In this document: positions 38,476 to 50,046 of the stretch, one piece after another
How positions within the stretch are numbered: the first letter of the stretch is position 1
Layout: each line of letters opens with the position of its first letter
Source of the DNA: Ramazzottius varieornatus
Taxonomy: Eukaryota > Animalia > Tardigrada
Reading direction: 5' to 3'
NCBI GenBank assembly: GCA_001949185.1
Contig: BDGG01000017.1
Location: 124,001 to 188,000 of the forward strand
DNA length: 64,000 nucleotides
The notes under the pieces: model-generated
The model's database searches: none
Told to the model about the DNA's origin: nothing
What the model saw: only the letters and a program-made list of their open reading frames with translations
Program-made: the position numbers and the translations under genes

Positions 38476-39730
38476 ATGCCAGAAGTCACTCCTACTGTTG
38501 ACAAGTTGCTTCGACAAAAATCAGCCTACGTGGTCTTCCAGGATCTGCTTACTGATAGATGTGTGCCTGATAACACCAAACGCAAACAACCCGATGACCC
38601 TAGTACAGGACACTTGGTGATCGTTGACTTGCCCTCCTGGCAAGATGCGTTTTTGACTTTCTCTCTCTATCGGAGCTACTATTACCCCGATATGGCTATA
38701 CCTTTCCTTGCCTATAGTGGCATTATCCGGGGGTTGGCTTCACGAAAGCCTGACGTGCGCTTTTGGTTGGAATATGACCAACGTTTCCGTCAAAAGATGG
38801 CATTACCGGATTCTGATGTAACCGGGTGGTACCACGAGGACCGTGATATCGTTAAGGCCGTTAAAGATAATTTCAAGCCAACTGCTACTACCACCACAGT
38901 TATCAGTACCGTTGCTCGAGGTCCATACTCTGAGTGGATTCGCACCGCTACTTGCCATATATGCAGCGAAAAGGGCCATATCGCAACAACATGCCCCAGC
39001 AAGAAAGAAGGTGTGAATAGATCTAATAGATTTTCTAACATGAAATCTGATGGCTCTAATTCTAACTCTGATGGTAATCGACCTAAAGCTGTGGTCCTGG
39101 CTTGCAGTCGTTTCAACGAACCCGGTGGCTGCGCTGAACCATGTTATCAGAACTATGCCCATAACTGTTCGCAATGCCTCAAACCCGGGCATATCAAGCT
39201 CACCCATCGCTACGCTTAGTGTTCCATCACCTTCGCTAGCACCCGTTTCTGTTACCACTCATCATTTTACTTCTGTTGAAATTCCTGATAAAGCATACAC
39301 CCCGTTGATACCAGAACGGTTCGCTCATGCCCTGAAGGAATATCCCGAATCCGAATTTGCCGATTATTTCGTCAATGGTCTTATCAACGGTTTTCGCCTG
39401 GGTTATACCGGTCGGCTTTCACCATGGCCTTCTACGGCATGTTACGTGTGTCCGAGTATACCAGTTCGAAGGAGACAAGTTTTGACAAATCAAACCTTGT
39501 CCTGAACGACTTACAAATATCCTGCGATTCGGTCCAAATATGTTTGCGGCGAGATAAAACCCATCGCAAAACCGCACCTCTTGCAATTTATCTAACAAAA
39601 ACTCAAACGGATACTTGTCCCGTACAAGCCCTTCACGCTTATATGCTAGTCAGATCTTCAGCAAGGCATACACCATTATTCATTTCCCATGATGGATGCT
39701 ACCTGACGAGCCGATCGGTGGTGTGGGTGC
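38476..39730 (+). mobile_element. Internally deleted Ngaro/DIRS-type tyrosine-recombinase retrotransposon
   Basis: Gag WQDAF..WLEYDQRFRQKMA with CHICSEKGHIATTC knuckle and CSRFN..C..C..H.CSQC..PGH; overlapping pol start TPLIPERFAHALKEYP..GLINGFRLGYTG; abrupt jump to recombinase AFYGMLRVSEY..LRRDKT..CPVQAL..PLF. Confidence 0.85.
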
Positions 39731-40857
39731 TGACAGGAGCCTTCTCCTACAATTTTTGCCGGAAATGGTTTAACTCCAACACATGTGCGCCTGATTAATA
39801 TTCCCCGAGGTTTCATGATTCCGAGCATTTTTGAACATCCCGGGATCTGACCATCGCGCGATACACGTAGCACGTACAGTTACCCAAGATTTCATGATCT
39901 CGGGTAGAGGTGTTACGGTGAAAGAAAATATGGATTCTCACCGTTTTTCACCGTTGGATACTAGCGTTTTTCATCGGGGTAAAAAACGGTGAAAACTTTG
40001 TCTTGCTTTTTCGAAGAGCCAGAAACTTCAGTCCATTCAAAATTAACGGATAGCTTGTTCACGGTGCATTATCGACACTAAAACACTTTTGGTCCGACAG
40101 AAACCGGTAAGAACCGGTGCAGGGTTTGATGGGTTTAGTGGGTTGCGGGGGTTTGAGGGGTGAGGGATAACGCTTTGAGAATGACCAGAACGCGAGAGAC
40201 TAGTCTTCTGTTTGTGTTTAGGCTAAGAACTGGCGGTTCCTGCACCCCGGGATTTGGAGACGGTTCAGTGCAACAAATTCAAATTTTGCACCGTTTTTCA
40301 CCGCAGTGAAGAACACTAACAGAGAGACTAGAGGAAGTAGAGGAACGCGTACGTACGTCACGCCAGTCTTCCAATGATCAAGTCATTGCCGGACTAGCGA
40401 CCATTAAAGGTCGAGGTCAAAGGGATGAACTTGGATGACCGTTAGCTGCTTGGACAAACCGACAGTTCGGCCTTACCTGACAGATCGAGTCGTTGCTCAT
40501 TAACTACGTATGCAGGTACATGAAGCGCCTGCGTTTGTGGCGTAGGTCCGGCAGGCCCCTAAATACGGCTCACTGCGGAGCAGCTACCGTAAGTAAGTAT
40601 CGAAACACGTGGGCAAACGAACATGGCTCCAGGGTGGGCAAGACACGTGACACATAAAGCACTTCTGAATGAATTCACCAGGTTATCGCGTAAGCAGCTT
40701 GACATCCCGTACTCGATGAGGCTTCTTAGCTTCCTTCCGCCTGCTGCTTTCTCCTTGCCACCTGTGAACGCTCGGATTACCGGTGCACGTTAGCCTTGCA
40801 GTGTGCTGTTGAGTTTGCGCGGTTCCATATCATCGTGCTTCGACGCTGTATAACCTA

Positions 40858-41194
40858 CGAGGTGAACGACATAATTCTAGCATACCGATTTTCGCACCAT
40901 GATTCGGGCAATGCAAAACGTTTGAACATTATCGTCCATGCTTGATTTATCTCATCGTATGCCTGTTATTAGAACATTAGGCTTCTCAACATTGGACAGA
41001 CCCACCACCCTCCCAGGCCAAATCCCCGTCATCCACAACGCTTTGTCGTTCTCAAACCTATTTAAAACTCGAGAAGAGGGATCGGATCACCTCAGGAAAC
41101 AAGAAGCAGTTCATTACGAGCAGCAGAAGCTGAGAAAAAATATGCCCGAATTACGAGTGAAAACCTCCATGCCCTAATTATGTCTTTTACCTCG
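40858..41194. mobile_element. Tc1/mariner-type MITE, copy 2
   Basis: TA|cgaggtgaacgacataatt...aattatgtcttttacctcg|TA; same internal sequence as 5216-5554. Confidence 0.9.
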
Positions 41195-43353
41195 TAGGAA
41201 TCTTGTCAATTTAACAGTCAAGTAACCGTAATGTAACCGACTCTGCCGGAGCGTGGCCTCTGTGGGTATTGGACCAATGGTGTTGTTCGCCGGAGTGGTA
41301 AGTGCCTCGACCGCTTCCATGTTTTGCTCCTCTACGGTATACACAGCGGTTCCTCTACCCCCTCTAATCTCTCTGACACTAATGTTTGCAGCTGCATTTC
41401 TGGCCATGTTAGGTTAAAACGTGACTGGCTGAAACATTGCGCCACTTGGGAAACCATCCTGAAGAGCTTGTCAGGCGGCGCCAAGCCGAGCTTCCGACTG
41501 GTATTTCGCCTTCTATACCGCAGTTTTAAAATTCCATCTTTGATCTGGTCGTTTTGGGAAACGGGAAATAGGAACGGAACGGATTTCGGATTCCGTTCCA
41601 GGGAGAAGGTCGGGCGAAATGCGTATCCTTGTTCTATCGTGACTTTAGCAGGTACCGTGGTCGGTGCTACAGTGGACGTGGTCGCTGATGGCCGTTCTGA
41701 TCGACATTTTGGTGGACGTGGTGGTGGCAGATAGCGATGAGGTGAACGCGGTGGTAGCGAACACCGGAGAGGTGGACATGGTTATGGTGGACAACAAGGA
41801 AGTATATCCGGACATTCGGAGGAGGATGGCCTTCGCGTGGTCGTCATATCATCGACCCGCCAGGCTAGGCGGCTCGAGTCTCCGCTGGGGTTGCCAGGTT
41901 CGGAAGGCGAACCCAAGTCCACGAAATGAACCCTCGCGACGGACATCAAGGAGCTAACGATACCGGTATAGCACCCAACCAGAAACACAGAATAGCTCGA
42001 CCGTCAAACCGGTCCGACATGGACCCCGACGAGTGAACACCTGGACGAAGATGGATAAACTCGTCCTCATTTCCCGGTTTAGTAAATTAGTTGCTTGTGT
42101 TATGGCTCTGCGACCTTTCCATCTGGTACCTGTTCTCGAAATGTGGCTTCCATTTGTCGGTCTCCCGAGGGTTTCCTTGAACACTTCCCCTTCACAAGGC
42201 TGGTTTTACTGTATTTTTGTATGTTCACTTATCCTTCGACGATCGAGGAGGCCGTTGACTAGATTGTCGTTTCTCAATAGGTCTAACTATAGCTCATAGT
42301 GTACAAGCTGTTCGCTTCACCTTCGGCTCGCTCGCAGCTTGTCAACGATGTGGAAAAACAGAAACGGGTAGCGCAGAAAAGCGGCAGTGTAAATATTGAA
42401 AAATATGGTCAGTTCGGACAGAGATGATCCCGTAGGCACGCTCTAAACATAGTGGACTCACGAGGGAACGTTCAAGTGCGCAAATTCAAACCATAAAAAA
42501 ACTTCGATGTTGGTTGATTTCAAACCGAAGTTTCTAATCAGATACTGTATAAACTGATGTCCGGAAAATAGAAAGTTTTTCGCGTCGGTTGACGTTCGCG
42601 CTTGAAAACCAATGTCTTGAAACCGTAACCAAGCTCATTAGGATAGCCACTTTTCGGTTAGTGATGTCGGCATATATGAATGTTACATTAAGCTAGAACT
42701 TATTAGATGCTTTAGATGCAAAGAGCATCTAATATATCATATTGATACTTTTTAGATACCTCGATCGAGGTCGGATATTTATTAGTGTCAAATTACATGG
42801 AAGCCAGAGCTGAAGATATCATATTTAAATCAACTCGTAGGGCGCTCCAAATTAGAATTAGTAACCGCGATTTCGGTTTCGGTTTGATTAGAATAACGCT
42901 TGATTTGCGCCATTGAAAGCTCGTGACTGTGCACTGTGCACTTTGCGCTGCTAGGTTCGATCTCAACGCATTATGCACCTGCATGTGAGAGCACATTGAT
43001 GAACGTTCAGGGTAATAGACTGATTGTCACGCTTCGTTTGACTGAACAGTGTAAGAATATGAGTTTCACGATCCACCTACTGTACATAAAACAATGCCAA
43101 TTCCTGAGTGTGACGCTGCCCGCTTCTCCAGGTCCGGTTTTGCGTTTCCAAACGCTCTGTTTGTCGTCTCTTTTTTCACAAAATTATTCATGGAGGACAG
43201 TTCCGTGGCTTCGGTAACACCGAAACAGAGTTAGGACTGAGAAAGAAAGCTACGTTGCTCTGTTCATACACGCATCAGAAATATTATAATATATTACAAT
43301 AAGGACCCGACGAAACAAGTTAATATATTGACATCATATTAGATGCTCCCAGG

Positions 43354-43971
43354 TAGAGACCTGGGCCGCAGGTCAAAAAGTACGCTGCATCTGCGCTGCG
43401 TCCTTTTCTGGTACTCGGCAACTACGCTGCGCTGCGTAAATCTGGACCGGAGGGACGGTGCAGCTGCGCTGCACCTTACTGTACGTGCGAGGCAACTGCG
43501 CTGCGGTTTCAATAACAAATTTCCTCCGCTTTCCTGCAGAGAATTGTCAGATAACACGTGATCCTCCTTATAGAGCTCTAATCATTCGGCTAACAAAAGC
43601 AGTTCACAGCAAAGTGCGTTGAAGCTACCTACAGAACTAACTGTGTCAAAGTCCGAAACTTCCGGTCACAGTGACAGCTTAACCACTAAGCCCTTTACGG
43701 TTGGGCGAAGCACTATTTCAAGGAAAGCTTGCGCGACCGGTCGTTGTTTTATGAAGAAGCAGAATACACCTAGCAAACAAGGGTTGTATAACGGCCGCTA
43801 ACCGGGAGATCCTTAGTTTGAAAATTGAAAACTCTCTTTTCGTATCATTTGCAGCTGCACTGCCGTAGCTTGTCAGGCGCTGCATACTGCGCTGCGCTGC
43901 ACACAAAGGTCAAAGTGAATACTGCAACTGCGCTGCCACGCAGCGCAGCTGCGGCCACATCCCGGTCTCTA
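43354..43971. mobile_element. Non-autonomous hAT element with perfect 8-bp TSD
   Basis: ctcccagg|tagagacc...ggtctcta|ctcccagg; GCTGC/GCAGC subterminal repeats at both ends. Confidence 0.9.
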
Positions 43972-45876
43972 CTCCCAGGTCGTGGCATATTACTATGCAT
44001 ATTAAGATTATGTTAAAAATCCGGCAGCCCGAGGTTATTGACTCAAGAATATATCAAGTCGGAATACCCTTACGCCAACGTCACTATTCTCGGTGTTTCG
44101 TGAAATCTGAGCCGAAAAAGCAGAAAACAGAAACAGTCGACTATTTACTGGAAGTAGTGCTTTCCCGGCTTAGACTTTTAGCGAACCGATCTAGACCGAT
44201 CTAGAACCAGATTTTTAGAAGACCAGATATTCGGTGTGCCAGCTCGAAGTCGGGATACACCCGATCAAACTGTTTCACAAATGCGATCCGAGAAGAATGC
44301 AATTCTCTTCTCGAGATTTCGTTCCAGCTAGGTATTCAATACAGGAATTGCAAAGCTAGCAGAAAAATTCGAGCAGTATGTATGTTTTGTCCAACGGTTA
44401 TTCGGGTACCGCGGAAGTTTTGGAACTCGTTTGTTCGGTCAGGCTGTTTTCGCCAGAGTGTGACACCAAGCTTTCTGGAAACATCTAACCAAAGCCACTC
44501 TCGCAGCGGTTAACTTGGTTAAGGCCATGAAACTATAGTTCTAAAACTTGCATTTAACGCAAATAGCGGGGGAAGCGCTCACTCACCACATGAACCGCGC
44601 TGCATAGGAAAATAGAGGGGAACATGCAGAGAGCCAGTGCGAAGTTAGTAGGGAGCCTTGCTCTCTACTTCCCCTCAGACGATTAGATGGCAACAGTGAC
44701 CATCCCGCAATGTACCGCATTGGATAAAATATTCAAACCATATCGTACGAGAAACTTTTGGCGAAGACAAACGAATAGCCGAAAGAATAGAGTATCGTTC
44801 GATACCAAACACAAGACCAAAGAAATTTGCACTGTACTGTGCAAGCAGTACTGTCGAGTGTCTTTCTGCGGACGCTGTCACTAGACATAGAAGTGCGTTT
44901 GATTGTTTGTTCATTTTATTGCCTTATCAAGGTCGCACAAAGTTAACTCAAAACCCAGACGTAACTACCATACAGGTCAGCATAATGGAACTGAGCAAAT
45001 TTTCGCTAGGCAATGAGTCTCATTATGAAAACATACAGGCGACATAAAGATTTGGAAAAAAAATCAAAATCTGAACTGCAAGATAAAAATCTGAAAAAAC
45101 GACCACGTTAGCAACACCTACAAACCATTTGTGAATTTTGGGCAAAGTTTCAACCAATTCGGATCGAAATTCGGCGAATACCAGAGCGTACAGTGAAAAT
45201 AAATGGATAGCCGTATATTTAAATTAGGATTTGAACCGAATCTTTTCTGCGGCGTCTTTGAAACCCTCGTGAACACCAGTGGTCTCCATCAGCTACTCAA
45301 CTTGTTTCCGAAAGACGAAATCAGCAACCATCATTGGGGAATAGTCAGGACTCTTGCTGGTCGCCGAAGCTTTCCCAAAAATCTTTCTCACCGGATGAGC
45401 TCTGCGCAAATACTTATGAAGGTGCCGCGCGTTAAACGAGTAAGCTTGCTGTGCGCGACAGGTCGTCCGATCCATCGTATCTTTCCGCTGTTTGTCGGCC
45501 ATGTTCGCAGTTTCGACAGCAGGAAAACTCTTGCATCCCAATAATTCCATGCGGTTTTACTGCGGAAGAATACAATCAGATAGCGACTGCCTGTGCTGCG
45601 GATTGCGGATTGCGGAAAGCGGGAAGCGGAATGCGAACCTCCGGTTCGCACCACGTCGTGTGCCATGAATTGTTGGCGAGCCCTTCCGCGTTCCCCGGAA
45701 GTCTAAAAATTATACTGAACCAGAGTGAACAGTGAAGTGTGAACATCAAACATCCCCCCTTTAATCTCGAATTTCCGGTGACCGTGTTCTGATTCCTGTG
45801 CATCCACCCTGCATCACAGTCTGCCTGCATCTAGCGAGTCAGTACTGAAGATTGGACCGAGGTACTCACTGAAGTC

Positions 45877-47737
45877 ATGTCCTTGATTCTCCCGTCCAGC
45901 TCCCAGATAACCAGTCTGGAAGGCCTTTGTCTCCGTGAAGTTTATCCCCTCCCTCGCGTCTACAGCACGATTGCTGAGGTCCCTTACCCTGCCGGAATCT
46001 ACCTGCTCCCACCTGTGTATCGCGAAGGAACTACCCAAGCTCATAATACGACGCAGAAAAGCGAAATGACAGCTTCCCATTCAAGCGGCGAAGCGTCGAA
46101 GGTAAGATATCAGACTTCATCTCCCCTTCGAAACGGCGCAGACGTCATGTAATGATCGTAGGTTTATAATCGTTTTTGTTACGTCATTAATCATTTCGGC
46201 TGGGCGTCAACGTGGACTGCTTACTACTGGATTCAAATTTTCGTTACCCTCTGTTGGTTTTAGATATCTGCTGCCACTGCACCAGGAACCTCCAAAGGTT
46301 CTATCGACAGCTCGGATATTCTTTACCGACAGGAAGTTCTCCTGAAGCATTTAAAGAAAGTTCGCGAGGAAGTCGACGCTCTTGAACGAACCCTCCGAAA
46401 AGATGCATCGCAGAAGGCCTCCCAACCGACTCAGCTTCCGTCTGCCGGTGGAAACAAGACGTCTGCTCCGCCGACCGCATCGTCCACTAGTTTATCCGAA
46501 AGCGTACTAATCTGTTCTCACAAATCGTTTCTGACATTTTATCTGGGAATTACAGTAGCGAGTTCTGATAATTATACCTGTTTCATTTCAGCTAAAGAGA
46601 ATGTCTGGCGATCGCCAAGCCATGCAAGACTTGCTTCTTCCTCACGCCGAAAATTTGCTGACACGACTGAAACATCTTCGAGGAAAGCTGGATCAGTTCT
46701 CCACCGATTCTGGCCAGCCCGGAAATAAAGTGGAGAAGAAGCGAAAAATAATCGTCAACTCGCCTCGAACGGTAAAAGTTTGCTTTTTGATCTGGAAAAT
46801 GAACAGAAATTCTTTAGACATGCTTGTCGTTTTCATAGCGTTCTTCGGAGAAGACACAAGAGTTAGTTGTGGTTGCGGATCCAAAAAGTCCTCCACTGAG
46901 TCTGTTCTCTGCTGCAAACATGCTGGCTTCCAAGTTCGCTGTGGCCACCAACACCTTCGTACACTCTTCCGTGCAGAAGATGCCGGAGCATCTGCGAGAA
47001 TTCCTGGACGATGCTGCTTCGACCGACTCTCTGCCCAACGCTGATTTTGTCCTGACGTTGATTTGGAAAGAAAGTACGTTCGTCCCAAATTCTTTCGAAA
47101 ACAGGAAGTTGATGGGTTTGCATGGACCTGCATACTCGTTCGTCACAGTAGATGCGCGCTTGGGTAGATGCAGGTTCGTCAGTAGGATAACGTCATAGAT
47201 CTGCATACTCATTCGTCTTGGGGAATATACGGTTTAATGTATGCAGGTTTGGTATAACATCTTCGGGATCTCTAACTCTCGAATAAAGTCGCATTCCAAT
47301 ATCAAAATCCCAAAATTTACTTCGATTTCTCTACAGTGAAGAACTCCGACACGTCCTTGATGGTCGACGCATCGCGCCAGACCGTGCCGATCATCTCGGA
47401 AGCCAACATCGTTCGATACATCCTACGCTTAATGAATGACAAGTACGATTCTCCCGAACACTCGAAGGACTACATCGCTAACGAGAAATGGTTGAACGTG
47501 GCATCGCGACAAGTGGTTTACGGGAACAGCAAGGAACGTCAGTCGGCTGTTCGCTCGCTAAATGGTCATTTGGGCAAGTCTGCCTTCCTGACCAACACTT
47601 CCGGTCCGACCTTGGTGGACATTGCGCTCCTTAGCGCTTTACTAGAAACACAATGTTCTCTGGTGGGGAATGTCAAGAAATGGGCCGTGGCTTGCTGCCA
47701 GTCTAGTCTGCTCGAAAACGCTGATATTAACTTATAG
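45877..47737 (+). CDS. AIMP2: Aminoacyl-tRNA synthetase complex-interacting multifunctional protein 2 (p38)
   Basis: Exons about 45877-46101, 46264-46503, 46592-46771, 46839-47073, 47337-47737. YPLPRVY..IYLLPPVY N-terminus; zipper RQEVLLKHLKKVREEVDAL; VVVADPKSPPLSL..HSSV..LTLIWK; PIISEANIVRYI and GST-C-like end. Confidence 0.9.
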
Positions 47738-47817
47738 TAAAGGACCCAGTGCCTAATGATGAAACGTGAACTGTGTTTAGCTACGGTTAGGTCGACATAA
47801 AACATCAAAGTGAAATA

Positions 47818-48004
47818 GGAGCTCGGCAAACAAACTCGACAAGATGGGTTTCCCAAGTGGCGCACATTTTCAGCTAATAGCACTGTGTACGTGCGTCACT
47901 TGAAAGTAATTGAGGTTTCAAGTGGCGCACGCTCTTAGCTAACGACACCGAAACTGTGCGCCCCTCTGGAAAACAATCTTATTGAGTCTGTTTGCCGTGC
48001 TCTC
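47818..48004. repeat. Family A palindromic element between convergent AIMP2 and DCTN6 3' ends
   Basis: ggagctcggcaaacaaactcgacaagatgggtttcccaagtggcgcac..(two units)..cttattgagtctgtttgccgtgctctc. Confidence 0.85.
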
Positions 48005-48109
48005 AAATGTAAAAACTGCGCGCGCGAAAGGATAAAAGGTATTAAAAATGACTAAAAGACGAAACTGAGTTTTTGTAAAAACAGCTAGTATGAGGCGGTT
48101 GGAGATCAA

Positions 48110-49243
48110 TCACGTCGAAGTTTTAAGAATGTAGTGGTAGTTTGGTAGCTGCTTCTGGAGGAACTCGAGATGGTCGTCGATGGACTACAAACAAACAATA
48201 CCAGTTAGCATCAAATGAACCAAAGTGTAAGGAAACCATTAGTAGTATTTCGCGCGTTAATGTTCTGCTGGATGTTTGATAGCAAAGAATATCCGAGCAG
48301 TTTTTGTTACCGGTGGTGTCTGATTGAAGTCGGAAGTCCTCCGTTCAATGTTCTCGCCATTCCGATATATGAACATGTTGTCAGGGATTGTTTCGGCACT
48401 GTCTACAGCACAACTTACTCCCACAACGCAACCGTTCCTCAGTGTGGTTGCTTTTCCGACTCGAGCTAGAAGCAAAAAACGGTTAAAGCGGTTAGGTATT
48501 TGGGAGCTGAGCAAACAAACTGGACATGATCATTTACCCAAGTGGCGGACGCTTTCCGACAACATCACTGAGAAGGTGCGCCATTCGGGAGAATGATCTG
48601 ACCGAGTTTTTTCGCCGGGCTCCCAAATAATTAGTTAGAGAGGAAAAACGCTTAGAAACCCACCCAGTCGGTTCTCTCACCTTTGCATGAAATCGTATTC
48701 AAGTCGCCAATATTCCCTTCTGTCACTGCAAGAAAACTGACAATCCGTTAGAAAAGACGGACAAAGTGCGCGAGTTGAAAAGATTACTGTACCAGAAAAG
48801 GTTTCGAACAGATTCTTGGAGCCTATGTACAGCGTGCGGCTGGACCCGTCCTCGTTCACAGGAAACACATTACGGATAGTTACTCTCTCCTCGATGATGT
48901 TGCCATCCCCAATGACGATGGGACCGTTCTCTGCCAGAATTCTCGCAGAGGGATGAACGATAGTTCCACCACCGATGGTGATCTGGCCCTGCAACTCGCT
49001 CTCCCGCGCAACAATGGCTTTGGCCAGAATGATGACACCTCTAAAAACAACAATACGATAAGATTTACTCGATATCATCACGGCGTAGCTTCGGCAGAAA
49101 GATTACTAGAATGGGAAGATCGTATATAAAGAAATATTCAGATGAAAGAAGTCTTACGGTGGTGCGTTGAGGCTGGCAGCCGGTGCAGGCGTAGTTACAC
49201 TGGACCTCGATCCAGCAGATCCCTGAGAGCTGACTGTTGACAT
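48110..49243 (-). CDS. DCTN6: Dynactin subunit 6 (p27)
   Basis: Exons 49243-49158, 49040-48793, 48725-48681, 48465-48311, 48184-48110. Left-handed beta-helix repeats ESELQGQITIGGGTIVHPSARILAENGPIVIGDGNIIEE; C-terminal HLEFLQKQLPNYH. Confidence 0.94.
48502..48624. repeat. Family A palindromic element, minimal single-unit form (about 123 bp), DCTN6 intron
   Basis: gggagctgagcaaacaaactggacatgatcatttacccaagtggcggac-spacer-gtgcgccattcgggagaatgatctgaccgagttttttcgccgggctccc. Confidence 0.85.
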
Positions 49244-49755
49244 GTCTTCCTTCGAATGAAACCTCTGGAGTCTTCTGGACGACCTGACGGTCTCGACTCT
49301 CGGCAGAGATCGCGATGAGGTGAACTTTGTAGCTAGAGAAGTTAGAACTGAGTCAACTTACTAACTGACAGGCAGCCGGAAGTTACTTGTTTCACACCAA
49401 ATTATAACGAGACGGCGTGTCACGATCTCAGGTTTATAAGGCAGCCGAACCAAACTAATCAAGTAATCAACGGCGAATTACAATTTATCACTTCGTTTGA
49501 TGAAATTATCGACAGACAATTTGGTGTGCCGCACGGTCAAGAGCCTCGGAACTGCAAGCTGGTTTGTTGTGCTTTTCAGATTACAATATTCACTATTATC
49601 CAGCTGATGTATTCTAAAGGTCCCAATTCCCGATTCCCGAAGGAAGAGCTAGCTCTGGTTGCCCACACTGATGTAGAGAACAACGACCCCATCCTGCTTT
49701 GGAGCTGAGAAAGACTGTATGCACAACCTGATCCTGATCGAAGCAACCTTTTGTG

Positions 49756-49871
49756 CAGCAACGTTAGCCATCGGATCCACCTCTAAATACCCGTGCTAGC
49801 AAAGTTCTGCTCGCTGCTCTTTTTATTCTTTCAGTTTTATCACTTCAGTTCTTCCGAAGAGTTGAAGTTTC
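49756..49871 (+). repeat. Dispersed repeat of about 115 bp (partner at 8592-8710)
   Basis: Direct similarity to 8592-8710; lies between the divergent DCTN6 and SPG11 starts. Confidence 0.75.
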
Positions 49872-50046
49872 GAACTGCTGATGGGCGTTTTTCATCTTTT
49901 TACGGGGGCTGCTGAGTCAGCCCGCGTTTTGGCACGCCGTTATTTGCGGACGGCGAAGTCCTGCAGCTCTACAGTGGGGCTCACCTCAGTTCCTCTTAAC
50001 TGTAGATCTTGTTTTATAAATTATATTCCAGTCTTTCTGTCCGGAA

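Noticed and set aside
39900-40320. CACCG/CGGTG-rich stretch as a defined transposon
   Set aside because: Looks like subterminal repeats, but matching TIRs and a TSD could not be fixed.
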